Assembly (NCBI GenBank): GCA_965222375.1
Contig: CBDCTZ010000015.1
Location: 992,001 to 1,056,000, forward strand
From: Polyangiaceae bacterium
GTDB taxonomy: Bacteria > Myxococcota_A > Polyangia > Polyangiales > Polyangiaceae
Reading direction: 5' to 3'
DNA: 64,000 bases
Shown here piece after piece: positions 21,301 to 29,802 of the stretch (positions are counted from its first letter, which is position 1; the number at the start of each line of letters is the position of its first letter). The position numbers and the translations under genes were made by a program. The notes below the pieces were generated by a model that did no database searches, was not told the origin of the DNA, and saw only the letters and a list, made by a program, of their open reading frames with translations.

Positions 21301-22757
21301 ATGACGGTGCGCCCTTCCCGCTGGAGGCGCCGAATCCCAGACTCGATCCCAGGACCGCCGGCAATGGCGTCATCGGCGTGAAAACGCGACAGCACGCCTT
21401 CATCGTCGGAGCCGATCACCACGCGCATGTCCGCTTCGTGTGCCGCAGCGATGAGCTCCTCGACGCCGGTTTGCGGGACGATTCGCAGCTCGACGATCGC
21501 CTGAGCGGCCCCATCTCGGGTCAGGGCCAAGGCTAGCGCGCCACGCTTGGCCAGTGCCTCGGAATGGGCGAGTAATTCATCGTCCAGTTCCGCTTCCACC
21601 AGCTTTGCGGGCCCAAGAGTCCACCCGTCCTCCCGCCTCACCTCGAGAGGGAGTTCGGGGTCGAGCAACGCCACCACCCGCTCCCGAGCTTCGGCGGTGG
21701 TGATGCTCGGTTTGGTGATGATCTCGCCGATCTCGAAGCGGTCTCGGGTGATCAGGCTGCCGGCGAGTACGATGCAATCAACCCGATCGAGTCGCCGCAA
21801 CACTTCTCCGTCTGAGACCAGCACGCGGCGCTTGGCCAAAGTCTGCGCCAGTGAAGAGGCGAATACGTCTCGCCCCAGTCGAGCTGGTTTGGGCAGGCCA
21901 CCAAAGAGCGCCGCCACCGCGCGCTGCACGTTCCGGGTCGTGATGAAGCTCACACCGAAACCCGCCAGCGAAACGAGCCACGCGCGGTCCGCATACTGTT
22001 CGATGGGCCCCGCGGACAGCGGCGCGGGCCGGGGCTCCGCCCGCTCGTCCTCAGGGATCCCGTGGCGATACAGCTCGGGTTCGCGAGATTCCCAGACCGC
22101 TCGCTGGGACTTGCTCTCCCGCATCAGGGTGGCCTTATGCGCGATATCGACCAAGGAGCTCACCGGGCGCTGAGCGAACGCGTTGGCTGCAGCAATGGCC
22201 GCGCCCAATCCCAAGTCCGTACGGTCGACGCCATATTTCTCGTCGGCACCTTGGCGCAGTCGAGGCGAACCGCGGAGCACAGAGCTGACCGCCCCAACCG
22301 TGCTGAACACCGAGGAGGGCTTTAGTGGAGTCGCACGCAGTGCACTGCCAATGACGAACCCCAGCACATCGGTGGTGAGCCCGACCAAGAGTTGCTTTTC
22401 GCGCTCGTCGTCCGCGGGGTGCCTCGCTTGCTCGTCGAAGCTGGCGCCATCCACGAAGATGCGTCGCTCACCCTCCTCCAGCACTCGAATCACATCCAGC
22501 TCGGTAACTTCGGCTCCGGACAGCTCGAACACGGCGCGGCGCGACACTCGGTCTAGCTTCACGCCTTCGGCCCATTTGGTACGTTTCACCAAGACCTCGA
22601 GCCGCTCGAGCAGCCGGTCCTCTTCTTCGTGGCTGAGCTGCTTGAACTCCGCGTAGGCGCGCTGCCCCCCGAGCCAGACGCGTCGCCGTCTCGGAGCGAA
22701 AGCCTCGCTCACCGCTCGAAACACTTCACGGACAGAGGGGCGGCTAGATTCGGTCAT
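18324..22757 (-). CDS. Giant cation-transporting P-type ATPase (CtpH/CtpI-like architecture)
   Basis: 1477 aa; TGES, PEGL, DKTGT, TGD, GDGAND motifs in the C-terminal ~850 aa; degenerate ATPase-like N-terminal half. Confidence 0.9.
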   Translation of the reverse strand: MTESSRPSVREVFRAVSEAFAPRRRRVWLGGQRAYAEFKQLSHEEEDRLLERLEVLVKRTKWAEGVKLDRVSRRAVFELSGAEVTELDVIRVLEEGERRIFVDGASFDEQARHPADDEREKQLLVGLTTDVLGFVIGSALRATPLKPSSVFSTVGAVSSVLRGSPRLRQGADEKYGVDRTDLGLGAAIAAANAFAQRPVSSLVDIAHKATLMRESKSQRAVWESREPELYRHGIPEDERAEPRPAPLSAGPIEQYADRAWLVSLAGFGVSFITTRNVQRAVAALFGGLPKPARLGRDVFASSLAQTLAKRRVLVSDGEVLRRLDRVDCIVLAGSLITRDRFEIGEIITKPSITTAEARERVVALLDPELPLEVRREDGWTLGPAKLVEAELDDELLAHSEALAKRGALALALTRDGAAQAIVELRIVPQTGVEELIAAAHEADMRVVIGSDDEGVLSRFHADDAIAGGPGIESGIRRLQREGRTVMLVATGTDSRALSAADCGIGLIAEGEPAPMGAHLICSRDLTDVRFVLNACVAARRVSKQSVNVALGAATFGTLISAGGVVPMTTRRVIAVVNTATLVAMAAGARANATSERRVLPAPRDRTPWHALDGHGVLERLGSSSRGLTRGEARDRRPLAPSKRPAPVELFDHVTDELFNPLAPLLAAGAGLSAVVGSLSDAAMVGAVVLLNASIGGVQRFRTERAIRVLSRTATRKALVRRGGELRRIPVSEVVRGDVVILSPGEVVPADCRILESESLEVDASSLTGESLPVPKAAKPSFENEIADRSSMLFEGTSIAAGRAAAVVVAAGDQTEARRSGSAPAVDPQDSGVERRLSSLVDITAPVAVSAAAGLVGVGLIRGRKLSDVIAAGVSLAVASVPEGLPLIATAAQLSAAERLSKRGALVRNHRSVEALGRVDTVCVDKTGTVTQGRIELSCVSDGASEEQVDDISGARLRVLAAALRATPDARSPNESFDPTDAALQRATKKLIITHVYGVDSWHRVSELAFEAGRGYHAVLGAAEYDSWLSVKGAPEVVLPQCSAWMRGGSRKPLDAGEAEELAKTATDLAKRGLRVLAVAERSVGPEDRLDPYRPVGLAFMGFIAFSDPVRPTAAAALARLKEIGVSTVMITGDHPSTAEAIASELNLLGDKEILTGSELMRLSDEELDDRIPKIAVFARLTPSQKVRAVRALQRAGKCVAMVGDGANDAPAIRLANVGIAIGENSTAAARGAADVVLTDERIETLVDAIVEGRAVWRSVRDAVSILVGGNLGEIGFTLGAGLVDGRPPLNARQLLLVNLLTDVAPAMAVALQPPSQETLDALAQEGPEASLSHLLRRDVAARAVVTAGGASAAWLGARVLGGRERASTVGLLSLVGTQLGQTVVAGGYSRPVILTSALSMGALAVLVQTPGVSHFFGCRPLGPVGWATAFAASTGATALSRKYPDVVETISKKLRLLDIVPQDEHEQLTPGTQVVTN

Positions 22758-22790
22758 TGGGAAGGTGCTGAAACAAACAACAGCAAACGC

Positions 22791-23489
22791 TCACATCCCT
22801 TCTAATACACCATCCTCGCTAGCCGCGGCGGTTCTCTGCGCGGCCGCGTTCCCGGGAAAATCTGGTGCCAACATGCGCGATGAAAAGCCCGACATGGCGA
22901 CCGCAGGCCGAGGCAGGCGCCGGGCGCCTCGGAAGCTTTGCCAGGCATCACCACTGGCGGTGAAGCGCAAGACTCGCATGCTCGCCGGGGAAACCTGCGA
23001 CTGGAACTCTCCGCGGAAGCGCACGACGTTGCCATCAGGCGCTTGCAGCGTCGTCATCTTCGAACGCAGCCGACGAGACAGGGGCGCAACTCGGAATTTC
23101 AGGTCGAATCGCACGCCGTCTTCCGCTCTTATTTGCACCACGGCCCCAGTGCGCTCGAACGTCGCAAAACGCTTCGGCAAGCCCCAGATGCTGCGACCGG
23201 CAGCAAGGGAAGCGTCGTTGTCCACGTACATGGCGGAAACGTAGTAGCCCAGGGGGCGCGAGCGCCCGCGGGGGCGGACCATGCAGGGCATGTACGCCAG
23301 CTCACTGTAGGTAAGCACGCTGGGCTCCCGGTACTCCACGTAGGCGAGCAGCCCCGCCGCGTGACCTGCCCGCTGCACGATCTCGAACTCTGGCGGCACC
23401 GTGATGGTTCGCGCAGACGCGACCACAGGGCGCATCACGGCGAAACCGTGCATCTCCCAAGGAGGGTCGGGGTACTGCACTGGCTTCAC
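22791..23489 (-). CDS. Acetoacetate decarboxylase-family protein
   Basis: 'YPDPPW..LTYSEL..MYVDNDASLAAGRSIWGLPK' family motif; GTG 23489 overlaps the upstream stop. Confidence 0.8.
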   Translation of the reverse strand: MKPVQYPDPPWEMHGFAVMRPVVASARTITVPPEFEIVQRAGHAAGLLAYVEYREPSVLTYSELAYMPCMVRPRGRSRPLGYYVSAMYVDNDASLAAGRSIWGLPKRFATFERTGAVVQIRAEDGVRFDLKFRVAPLSRRLRSKMTTLQAPDGNVVRFRGEFQSQVSPASMRVLRFTASGDAWQSFRGARRLPRPAVAMSGFSSRMLAPDFPGNAAAQRTAAASEDGVLEGM

Positions 23490-24916
23490 ATGAGGCGCTT
23501 GACCCACTTCAGCTTGTCTTCGCCGTAGGGCGGGTAGCGCAGAGGCGGATCGACGCGAGTGGACTTGTCCAGCACGCTCTTGTGATGGCTGAAGGTATCA
23601 AAGCCGGTCTTGCCGTGATAGGCGCCCATGCCACTTTCCCCCACGCCACCAAAGGGCAACTCCGGCGGCGCGAGATGAGACACGCAGTCGTTCACGCAGG
23701 CACCTCCCGAACTCGTACGAGCGAGCACGCGGTCCGCGGTGCCCTGGTTCTTCGTGAATACGTAGAGCGCTAGGGGCTTCGGGCGTGCGGTCACAAAACG
23801 AATCGCGTCGTCCACGCTGGCGACGGTCATGGTCGGTAGGATGGGTCCGAAGATCTCGTCCGCCATTACCGGAGCATCAGGCTTCACATCCCGCAGCACG
23901 GTTGGCGCGATGTAGCGAGTGGAGCGATCCGTCCCCCCGCCGCTGACCGTGTCACCGCTGTCCAGCAGCTTGGAGAGCCGGTCGAAATGTCGTTCGTTGA
24001 CGATTCGAGCGTAGTCAGAGCTCGACTGAGGATCGCTGCCGTAGAAATCCCGAATGGTTTGGGAGATCTTGTCGAGCATCTGCTCGGCAATGCTCTCGTG
24101 CAACAAGAGGTAGTCTGGAGCGACGCAGGTTTGCCCTGCATTGAAGAACTTGCCCCACACGATGCGCTTCGCGGCGACGTCCAAGTCCACATCCGAGTCC
24201 ACGATGCAGGGGCTCTTGCCGCCGAGTTCCAGAGTCACCGGCGTCAGGTGCTTGGCCGCCGCGGTCATGACGATGCGGCCAACGGTTCCGTTGCCCGTGT
24301 AGAAGATGTGGTCGAAGCGCTGCTCGAGCAGAGTGGTGGTTTCGGGTACGCCGCCTTCGACGACGGCGTAGGCCGTGGCGTCCAAGTAGCGCGGGAGCAA
24401 CTTGGACAACGCGGCAGACGTTGCCGGCGCGACTTCACTCGGCTTGATGACCGCCGTGTTGCCCGCAGCGATCGCGGCGACGAGCGGGCCCACGGCCAGC
24501 TGGAACGGATAATTCCAGGGAGCGATGATCAGCACGACCCCAAGCGGCTCGGTGAGGATCATCGCCTTGGCAGGATGGATCGCCAGCGGCGCCTTCACAC
24601 GCTTGGGCTTGGCCCATCCGCGCAGGTGCTTGATGGTGTGACGGATCTCGTTGAGAACGAAGCCCGTTTCCCCCACGACCCCTTCGAAGCGACACTTGCC
24701 TAGATCGCTATGCAGAGCCTCGAGCAGCTCAGCTTCGTTGTCCGTAATCAAACGCTCCAGCTGCCGCAGCTCGCGCTCTCGCCAGTCCAAGGGGCGGGTC
24801 GCGCCGGAATCGAAAGTGTCACGTACGCGCTCGACGGTAGCGACGATGTCCTCATCGCTGGCCAAGCGTTTGGTGGTGGTTTGCCGGGCGGTCTCAACGT
24901 GGCTCGAAAGCGTCAT
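23486..24916 (-). CDS. Aldehyde dehydrogenase (class 3-like)
   Basis: PWNYP, KPSE, YTGN, LELGGKSP, GQTCVAPDY, EIFGP, PFGGVGESGMG. Confidence 0.95.
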   Translation of the reverse strand: MTLSSHVETARQTTTKRLASDEDIVATVERVRDTFDSGATRPLDWRERELRQLERLITDNEAELLEALHSDLGKCRFEGVVGETGFVLNEIRHTIKHLRGWAKPKRVKAPLAIHPAKAMILTEPLGVVLIIAPWNYPFQLAVGPLVAAIAAGNTAVIKPSEVAPATSAALSKLLPRYLDATAYAVVEGGVPETTTLLEQRFDHIFYTGNGTVGRIVMTAAAKHLTPVTLELGGKSPCIVDSDVDLDVAAKRIVWGKFFNAGQTCVAPDYLLLHESIAEQMLDKISQTIRDFYGSDPQSSSDYARIVNERHFDRLSKLLDSGDTVSGGGTDRSTRYIAPTVLRDVKPDAPVMADEIFGPILPTMTVASVDDAIRFVTARPKPLALYVFTKNQGTADRVLARTSSGGACVNDCVSHLAPPELPFGGVGESGMGAYHGKTGFDTFSHHKSVLDKSTRVDPPLRYPPYGEDKLKWVKRLM

Positions 24917-24957
24917 GGGGCAATGATAGGGGCGATCGGCGCCCCCGCAACCCGGCC

Positions 24958-25467
24958 TCAGTCAGAAGAGAAAAGGCTGCGGAGATGAACTCGATTCAGG
25001 CAGCTAAATCGCTGCATTTGCAGGGAAACCAGGCGCTGCTCATAAATGCCCAATTGGAAGCAATCCGCGTCCGAGAGCGAAGCCAGGCCGGGGCCCTCCA
25101 GGTTGAGGGGACAAATGTCCCGTTGCTCGACGATGGTGCCTTCCTCGTCTTCTTCCAACCAGCGCAGGGGCAGCCCCTGAGTCCGACAGACGTAGGGTCG
25201 GCTTTCGTAGATCCGACAGCCACCGTTGGCATCGAGGAACGCGCAGCCGCCGCTCGGTGCGGGCTGCGACGAAGCCAGCAGCTCGGCATGGCGGTCCCGA
25301 ATGACCTCGGCCTCGACCTCGAACACGCTGAGGTCATCTGTGCAGCACTCGAAGCAGCCTCGCTTGCATTGCAGCCTCTCGCGATGCCGTTGGACGAGGG
25401 GTTGAAGCTCTCGGTCGACCTCGCGGTGTAGCTGTCTGATCGCGTCGAGACGCGCGGCGTGGTCCAT
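24958..25467 (-). CDS. YkgJ-family cysteine-cluster (CxxCxxCC-type) protein
   Basis: CKRGCFECC...CAFLD..GGCRIYESRPYVCR...ICPLN. Confidence 0.85.
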   Translation of the reverse strand: MDHAARLDAIRQLHREVDRELQPLVQRHRERLQCKRGCFECCTDDLSVFEVEAEVIRDRHAELLASSQPAPSGGCAFLDANGGCRIYESRPYVCRTQGLPLRWLEEDEEGTIVEQRDICPLNLEGPGLASLSDADCFQLGIYEQRLVSLQMQRFSCLNRVHLRSLFSSD

Positions 25468-25541
25468 GACGCAGCGTCCCATGAGGCCGATCCTCCGGGC
25501 AAGCTGGACGAGGTTTGGACCGAAGCGTAACCTTGCAAAAA

Positions 25542-26159
25542 ATGCGATACTTGGGATGGACTCTTTTTCTGGGGCTCGGACTGGTCGTCGCCTGCGGTAG
25601 CAGCGACGACGCGCCCGCGAACTCGAATACCGGTGGCAGCAGCGGCTCAGCAGGCTCGGCAACGGGCGGCAGTAGTGGCAGCAGCTCCGGAGGCGCGGCG
25701 GGTTCCGGTGGCGGCACCGCCGGCTCGTCTGGCAGCGCCGGTTCTGCAGGCACCGCGGGCAAGGGAGGCACCGCGGGCAAGGGAGGCGCCGCGGGCAGTG
25801 CGGGCGCCGGCGGCGCGCCAGATCAGTGCAAGACCCCTGCTGACTGCCCGAAACCCGCTTGCTCTGGCACCAGCACCTGCTGGGAGAATTACTACACGTG
25901 TTCCGGAGGCAAGTGCTTCGGGATTTCGATGACAAAACTCGACTCCTTCTGCAACCCAGCCACCGGTCGGTGTGAGCTAGTCAAAGACAAGTGCGTGGTG
26001 GACTGCGACTGTCCTCAAGGTTTGATGTGCCTGAAGAACGCGTCTGGAGGCTCCTGCGTCAGCACGACGCCGCCGGTCTACTGTTGTAGCAAGAAGGGCT
26101 GCCCAGAAGGCCAAGCCTGCACGACCCAGGACGGCAAGACGAGCACTTGCGCCGGCTGA
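25542..26159 (+). CDS. Cys-rich lipoprotein with Gly/Ser linker (paralog 1)
   Basis: MRYLGWTLFLGLGLVVAC lipobox; G/S linker; Cys-rich C-terminal domain. Confidence 0.85.
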   Translation: MRYLGWTLFLGLGLVVACGSSDDAPANSNTGGSSGSAGSATGGSSGSSSGGAAGSGGGTAGSSGSAGSAGTAGKGGTAGKGGAAGSAGAGGAPDQCKTPADCPKPACSGTSTCWENYYTCSGGKCFGISMTKLDSFCNPATGRCELVKDKCVVDCDCPQGLMCLKNASGGSCVSTTPPVYCCSKKGCPEGQACTTQDGKTSTCAG

Positions 26160-26220
26160 CCCGGAAGGGTGGTTTCTTGGATCGCAACACTCGCTCGACC
26201 GCGGGCCACGGCTGCGGCTC

Positions 26221-26272
26221 GTTGTCGGATTACCTCCAGGCGCGCCGCGCAGGCCATGACACGGCGTCCCAT
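26221..26272 (-). pseudogene. Decayed 5' fragment of the ykgJ-like gene carried by a tandem duplication
   Basis: Translates MGRRVMACAARLEVIRQ versus MGRCVMDHAARLDAIRQ at 25431-25482; flanking DNA is also homologous. Confidence 0.7.
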
Positions 26273-26329
26273 GGGCAAAACCGAGACAGCCAACTGGACG
26301 AACTGCAGACCGGAGCGTAGTCTTGGGAA

Positions 26330-27010
26330 ATGCGATACTTGGGATGGACTCTTGTTCTGGGGCTGGGATTGGTCGCTGCATGTGGCAGCAGCGATGACTC
26401 CTCTACGAATACGAACACGGGGGGCAGCAGCGGTGCAGCTGGCTCGTCCGGCTCCGCGGGCTCCGCAACAGGCGGCAGCAGTGGCAGTAGTTCCGGAGGC
26501 ACCGCCGGCTCGAGCGGTGCCGCTGGCAGTTCTGGAAGCGCCGGTAAGGGCGGCGCGGCAGGAAGTGCGGGCAGCGCCGGAAGCGCGGGCAGCGCCGGCA
26601 AAGCGGGCGCCGGGGGCGCAAGTGGCGGCGCCGGGGGCGCAAGTGGCGGCACTGCCGGCACGGGCGGCACTTCGGATCAGTGCAAGACCCCCAAGGACTG
26701 CCCCAAACCGACCTGTTCGGGCGCGGGCGTCTGCACGCAGACGACCTACGAATGCACTTCCAACAAGTGCGTTCCCAAGAAGGTGCAAATGCCCAACTCG
26801 TCCTGCAACCCCGCCACGGGTCTGTGCGGTGGCCTCGCGGACAAGTGCAAGGTCAACTGCGATTGTCAGCAAGGCTTCACCTGCGTGAAGGGCCCCTCCG
26901 GCAACTCCTGCATCAGCGGCACCAAGCCGGCATACTGTTGCGCCAAGGCCGGTTGCCCCACCGGGCAAGCCTGTACGACAAAGGACGGCGGCAAGGGCAC
27001 CTGTCCCTAG
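26330..27010 (+). CDS. Cys-rich lipoprotein with Gly/Ser linker (paralog 2)
   Basis: MRYLGWTLVLGLGLVAAC; same Cys pattern as paralog 1 (DQCKTP.DCPKP.CSG...CNPATG.C...DKC.V.CDC...YCC.K.GCP.GQACTT). Confidence 0.85.
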   Translation: MRYLGWTLVLGLGLVAACGSSDDSSTNTNTGGSSGAAGSSGSAGSATGGSSGSSSGGTAGSSGAAGSSGSAGKGGAAGSAGSAGSAGSAGKAGAGGASGGAGGASGGTAGTGGTSDQCKTPKDCPKPTCSGAGVCTQTTYECTSNKCVPKKVQMPNSSCNPATGLCGGLADKCKVNCDCQQGFTCVKGPSGNSCISGTKPAYCCAKAGCPTGQACTTKDGGKGTCP

Positions 27011-27021
27011 AGTTGCTCGTG

Positions 27022-27050
27022 AGACGCACGGCGCTCGGCGCCGTGCGTCT
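27022..27050. terminator. Perfect 13-bp hairpin between convergent genes (probable bidirectional terminator)
   Basis: AGACGCACGGCGC-TCG-GCGCCGTGCGTCT. Confidence 0.65.
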
Positions 27051-27064
27051 TCGTGCGGGCCAAA

Positions 27065-27808
27065 CTACAAACTCAACGCAAGTGCTGCCGCGATGGTGCG
27101 CTCGCCGACGAAGCTCGTATCGACTGTGAGGTCGAGCTGCTCGTGCATGTTCACGACGATCCCAGGTCCCACCGCGTAGTGGTGTCGATCGGAGCCGGTG
27201 CGGGATTCGCCATCGAGCTCCCAGCCAACCGGGCCGCCAAAAGCACGCGCCGCCAGGAAGGGACTCACCGTGTCGCCGAGAGTGGCGCCGAAGAGGACTC
27301 CCAGGCGTGCGTCCGACGCCGTCAGCGACACGGACTGGCCATCAGACACCTCTTCCGTCGTCGATGCGAAGCTCATGCCGTAGGACAGGGTTGCGGTGCC
27401 GAACAGGTCTTCACCTGGCCCACCGAGGAATCGATACGCACCCGAGAGCGATGCGAGAAACCCGGGCTCCACATCGAAGCGCCGGCCCTGGCCTTCGAGC
27501 TGGCCATCAAGGATTCCACCCAGCGTCAGTTGAACGGTGAAACGTTCGCCGAAGCGTCGGGACACGAAGGCCGCGACCACGCTCTGCTCGAGGTCGTAGT
27601 CGTCTTCGCCATCGAAGCGCAACTCCGCCTCGGACAAAGCGTAGCTCGCGCCCACGCGATACAACCGCTCTTGGCTCTGTCCTCCGTCACAACCCGTCGG
27701 ACCGACGGGGGGCGCCAGGCCTCACGCCTGCGCCCGAGATCCTGCAGTCAGGAGGATCGTCAGCGCGGAAAGCGCCACGGACCATCGCGCAACTCTGAGT
27801 AGCGTCAT
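27065..27808 (-). CDS. Exported beta-barrel-like protein with in-frame TGA at codon 29 (candidate selenoprotein)
   Basis: ATG 27808, signal peptide ...GSRAQA, TGA (27724-27722), then GLAPPVGPTGC... in frame with the 27065..27664 ORF; SECIS-like hairpin downstream. Confidence 0.75.
27693..27709 (-). promoter_or_regulatory. Candidate bacterial SECIS element
   Basis: mRNA CCCGUCG-GUC-CGACGGG, 7-bp stem; GGUC begins 19 nt after the UGA. Confidence 0.7.
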
Positions 27809-27983
27809 CGACACAACGAACCAGAATCCGACTGCAGAGTCGAGCTTGGATTGCGCACGAACGTTCGTGCGCGTCAGCAGAGCATGGCGGATTCTCGGTG
27901 ACCCGGACAGGAATATCATGCCTGGCACGACTGGCACACCTGAGTGCGCGCCCTAAATCACGGGGATTCTTGATCTTTGTCAG

Positions 27984-27999
27984 TGGCACCCGAGTTGCT
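27984..27999 (+). promoter_or_regulatory. Sigma54 (-24/-12) promoter of the radical SAM operon
   Basis: TGGCAC-CCGAG-TTGCT is a perfect consensus match. Confidence 0.8.
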
Positions 28000-28013
28000 A
28001 GAATGGGCGGCTC

Positions 28014-29306
28014 GTGACTACGAGTGGACCGGACCCCTTGAGCCCGAGTGAGCGCGTCGAGCTGCTTCGGGAGAAGCGCCCGCGGCATCTGCCAGTGGCG
28101 CCGGTGGCTCCGCCCCCCAAACGTCATCTGCCCTTGGCCCACGAAGTTCGGCCCATCGATGAGCAGTGGCGACCGATCTACGCAGTCTGGGAAATCACTC
28201 TCGCCTGCGACTTGACCTGCCGGCACTGCGGCTCTCGCGCCGGGCAGGCTCGCCCCGATGAGCTGACCACCGAGGAGTGCTTAGACCTGGTTCGGCAGAT
28301 GTCCGAAATGGACGTCAAAGAAGTCACCATCATCGGGGGTGAAGCCTATCTGCGGGACGACTGGGTCGACATCGTCCGGGAAATCCGCAAGCGGGGCATG
28401 CAAGCGACCATGACCACGGGCGGACGCGGGATCACCAAAGAGCGCGCCCTTCAGGCTGCGGAAGCCGGACTACAGAGCGTGAGTGTCTCCGTAGACGGCA
28501 CCGAAGAGAGCCACGACCGCTTGCGTGGGGTAAAGGGTTCGTATCGCGCTGCCCTCGAAGCGCTGAAGAACCTCCAAGAAGCTGGAGTGCGGGTCTCGGC
28601 CAATACGCAGATCAATCGGCTCAGCATTCCCGACATGCCGCATGTGCTCGAGACGATTGCTGTTCACAACACCCACAGCTGGCAAATCCAGATCACTGTC
28701 GCCATGGGGCGCGCTGCGGACGAGCCCGAGGTGCTACTCCAACCCTACGACTTGCTCGAGCTCTTCCCCTTGTTGGCTGATTTGAAGAAGCGTTGTGATG
28801 AGCTCGGCGTGCGCATGTGGCCGGGTAACAATATCGGCTACTTTGGTCCCTATGAAAGCGTCTTGCGCGGGACCATGCCCCGGGGGCACATGGCCAGTTG
28901 CGGTGCTGGGCGCTCCACTTTGGGCATCGAAGCGGACGGCTCGATCAAAGGCTGCCCGTCTTTGACGACCAACGAGTGGACCGGCGGGAACATCCGCGAT
29001 GCTTCTTTGAAGGACATCTGGGAGCGCTCGGACCAGCTTCGCTATACCCGGGATCGCACCGTCAAAGACCTCTGGGGCTATTGCGCCACCTGCTACTACG
29101 CCGACGTTTGCCGCGCGGGCTGCACCTGGACGGGGCACACGCTGTTCGGAAAAGCCGGCAACAATCCTTATTGCCATCACCGCGCTCTCGAAATGAAGAA
29201 GGCCGGCAAGCGCGAACGACTCGTTCAAACCATGGCGCCACCCGGCGACCCCTTCGACCATGGTGGTTTCGAACTGATTGAAGAAGAACACCCTGAAAAG
29301 GACTGA
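28014..29306 (+). CDS. Radical SAM/SPASM peptide maturase, PlpX/splicease-like
   Basis: WEITLACDLTCRHCGSRAG (CxxxCxxC), GGEAYLR, SPASM Cys (CGAG..GIEADGSIKGCPSL..CATCYYADVCRAGC..NNPYCHHR); true start may be TTG 28038. Confidence 0.9.
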   Translation: MTTSGPDPLSPSERVELLREKRPRHLPVAPVAPPPKRHLPLAHEVRPIDEQWRPIYAVWEITLACDLTCRHCGSRAGQARPDELTTEECLDLVRQMSEMDVKEVTIIGGEAYLRDDWVDIVREIRKRGMQATMTTGGRGITKERALQAAEAGLQSVSVSVDGTEESHDRLRGVKGSYRAALEALKNLQEAGVRVSANTQINRLSIPDMPHVLETIAVHNTHSWQIQITVAMGRAADEPEVLLQPYDLLELFPLLADLKKRCDELGVRMWPGNNIGYFGPYESVLRGTMPRGHMASCGAGRSTLGIEADGSIKGCPSLTTNEWTGGNIRDASLKDIWERSDQLRYTRDRTVKDLWGYCATCYYADVCRAGCTWTGHTLFGKAGNNPYCHHRALEMKKAGKRERLVQTMAPPGDPFDHGGFELIEEEHPEKD

Positions 29307-29308
29307 CG

Positions 29309-29794
29309 ATGAATCTAACTCCTTGCTCCGAATGTCAGCGCCACGTTGACTCCAACGAATCCAACTGTCCCTTTTGTGGCGGACGGCCCAGCCACGCGGA
29401 CGCCGTGCCCCTGCCGGGCCGGCGCATGAGCCGTGCAGCTGTGGTGGCCTTCGGCGCCACCCTCGCCGCCGGCTTCGGTGCGACAGGGTGCAGCTCAGAC
29501 GACGACAGCAGTGGCACCGGTGGCTCCGGCACAGGCGCCACAACTGGCAGCGGGGGCACTTCGGGCAGCGGCGGGACCGCAGGCAGTAGCAGTGGCGGGA
29601 CCGCAGGCAGCAGCAGTGGCGGGACCGCAGGCAGCAGCAGTGGCGGGACCGCAGGCAGCAGCAGTGGCGGGACCGCAGGCAGCAGCAGTGGCGGGACCGC
29701 GGGCAGTGGCAGCGGCGGGACCGCAGGCACCGACGCAGGCACCGCAGGGTTCTCCGGCGGATTGTTGTATGGCGCTCCGCCACCCGAGAACTGA
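29309..29794 (+). CDS. Putative rSAM substrate A1: Zn-ribbon, lipoprotein signal, G/S linker, LLYGAPP
   Basis: PCSECQRH..CPFC; RRMSRAAVVAFG..ATGC; the single Tyr is in the YG motif. Confidence 0.85.
   Translation: MNLTPCSECQRHVDSNESNCPFCGGRPSHADAVPLPGRRMSRAAVVAFGATLAAGFGATGCSSDDDSSGTGGSGTGATTGSGGTSGSGGTAGSSSGGTAGSSSGGTAGSSSGGTAGSSSGGTAGSSSGGTAGSGSGGTAGTDAGTAGFSGGLLYGAPPPEN
29565..29727 (+). repeat. 24-bp coding tandem repeat (SSSGGTAG), about 6 copies
   Basis: ggcagcagcagtggcgggaccgca units read directly. Confidence 0.85.
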
Positions 29795-29802
29795 GCAAGC
29801 AC

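Noticed and set aside
25542..27010. Additional splicease substrates
   Set aside because: Similar G/S linkers, but no Zn-ribbon leader and no YG motif
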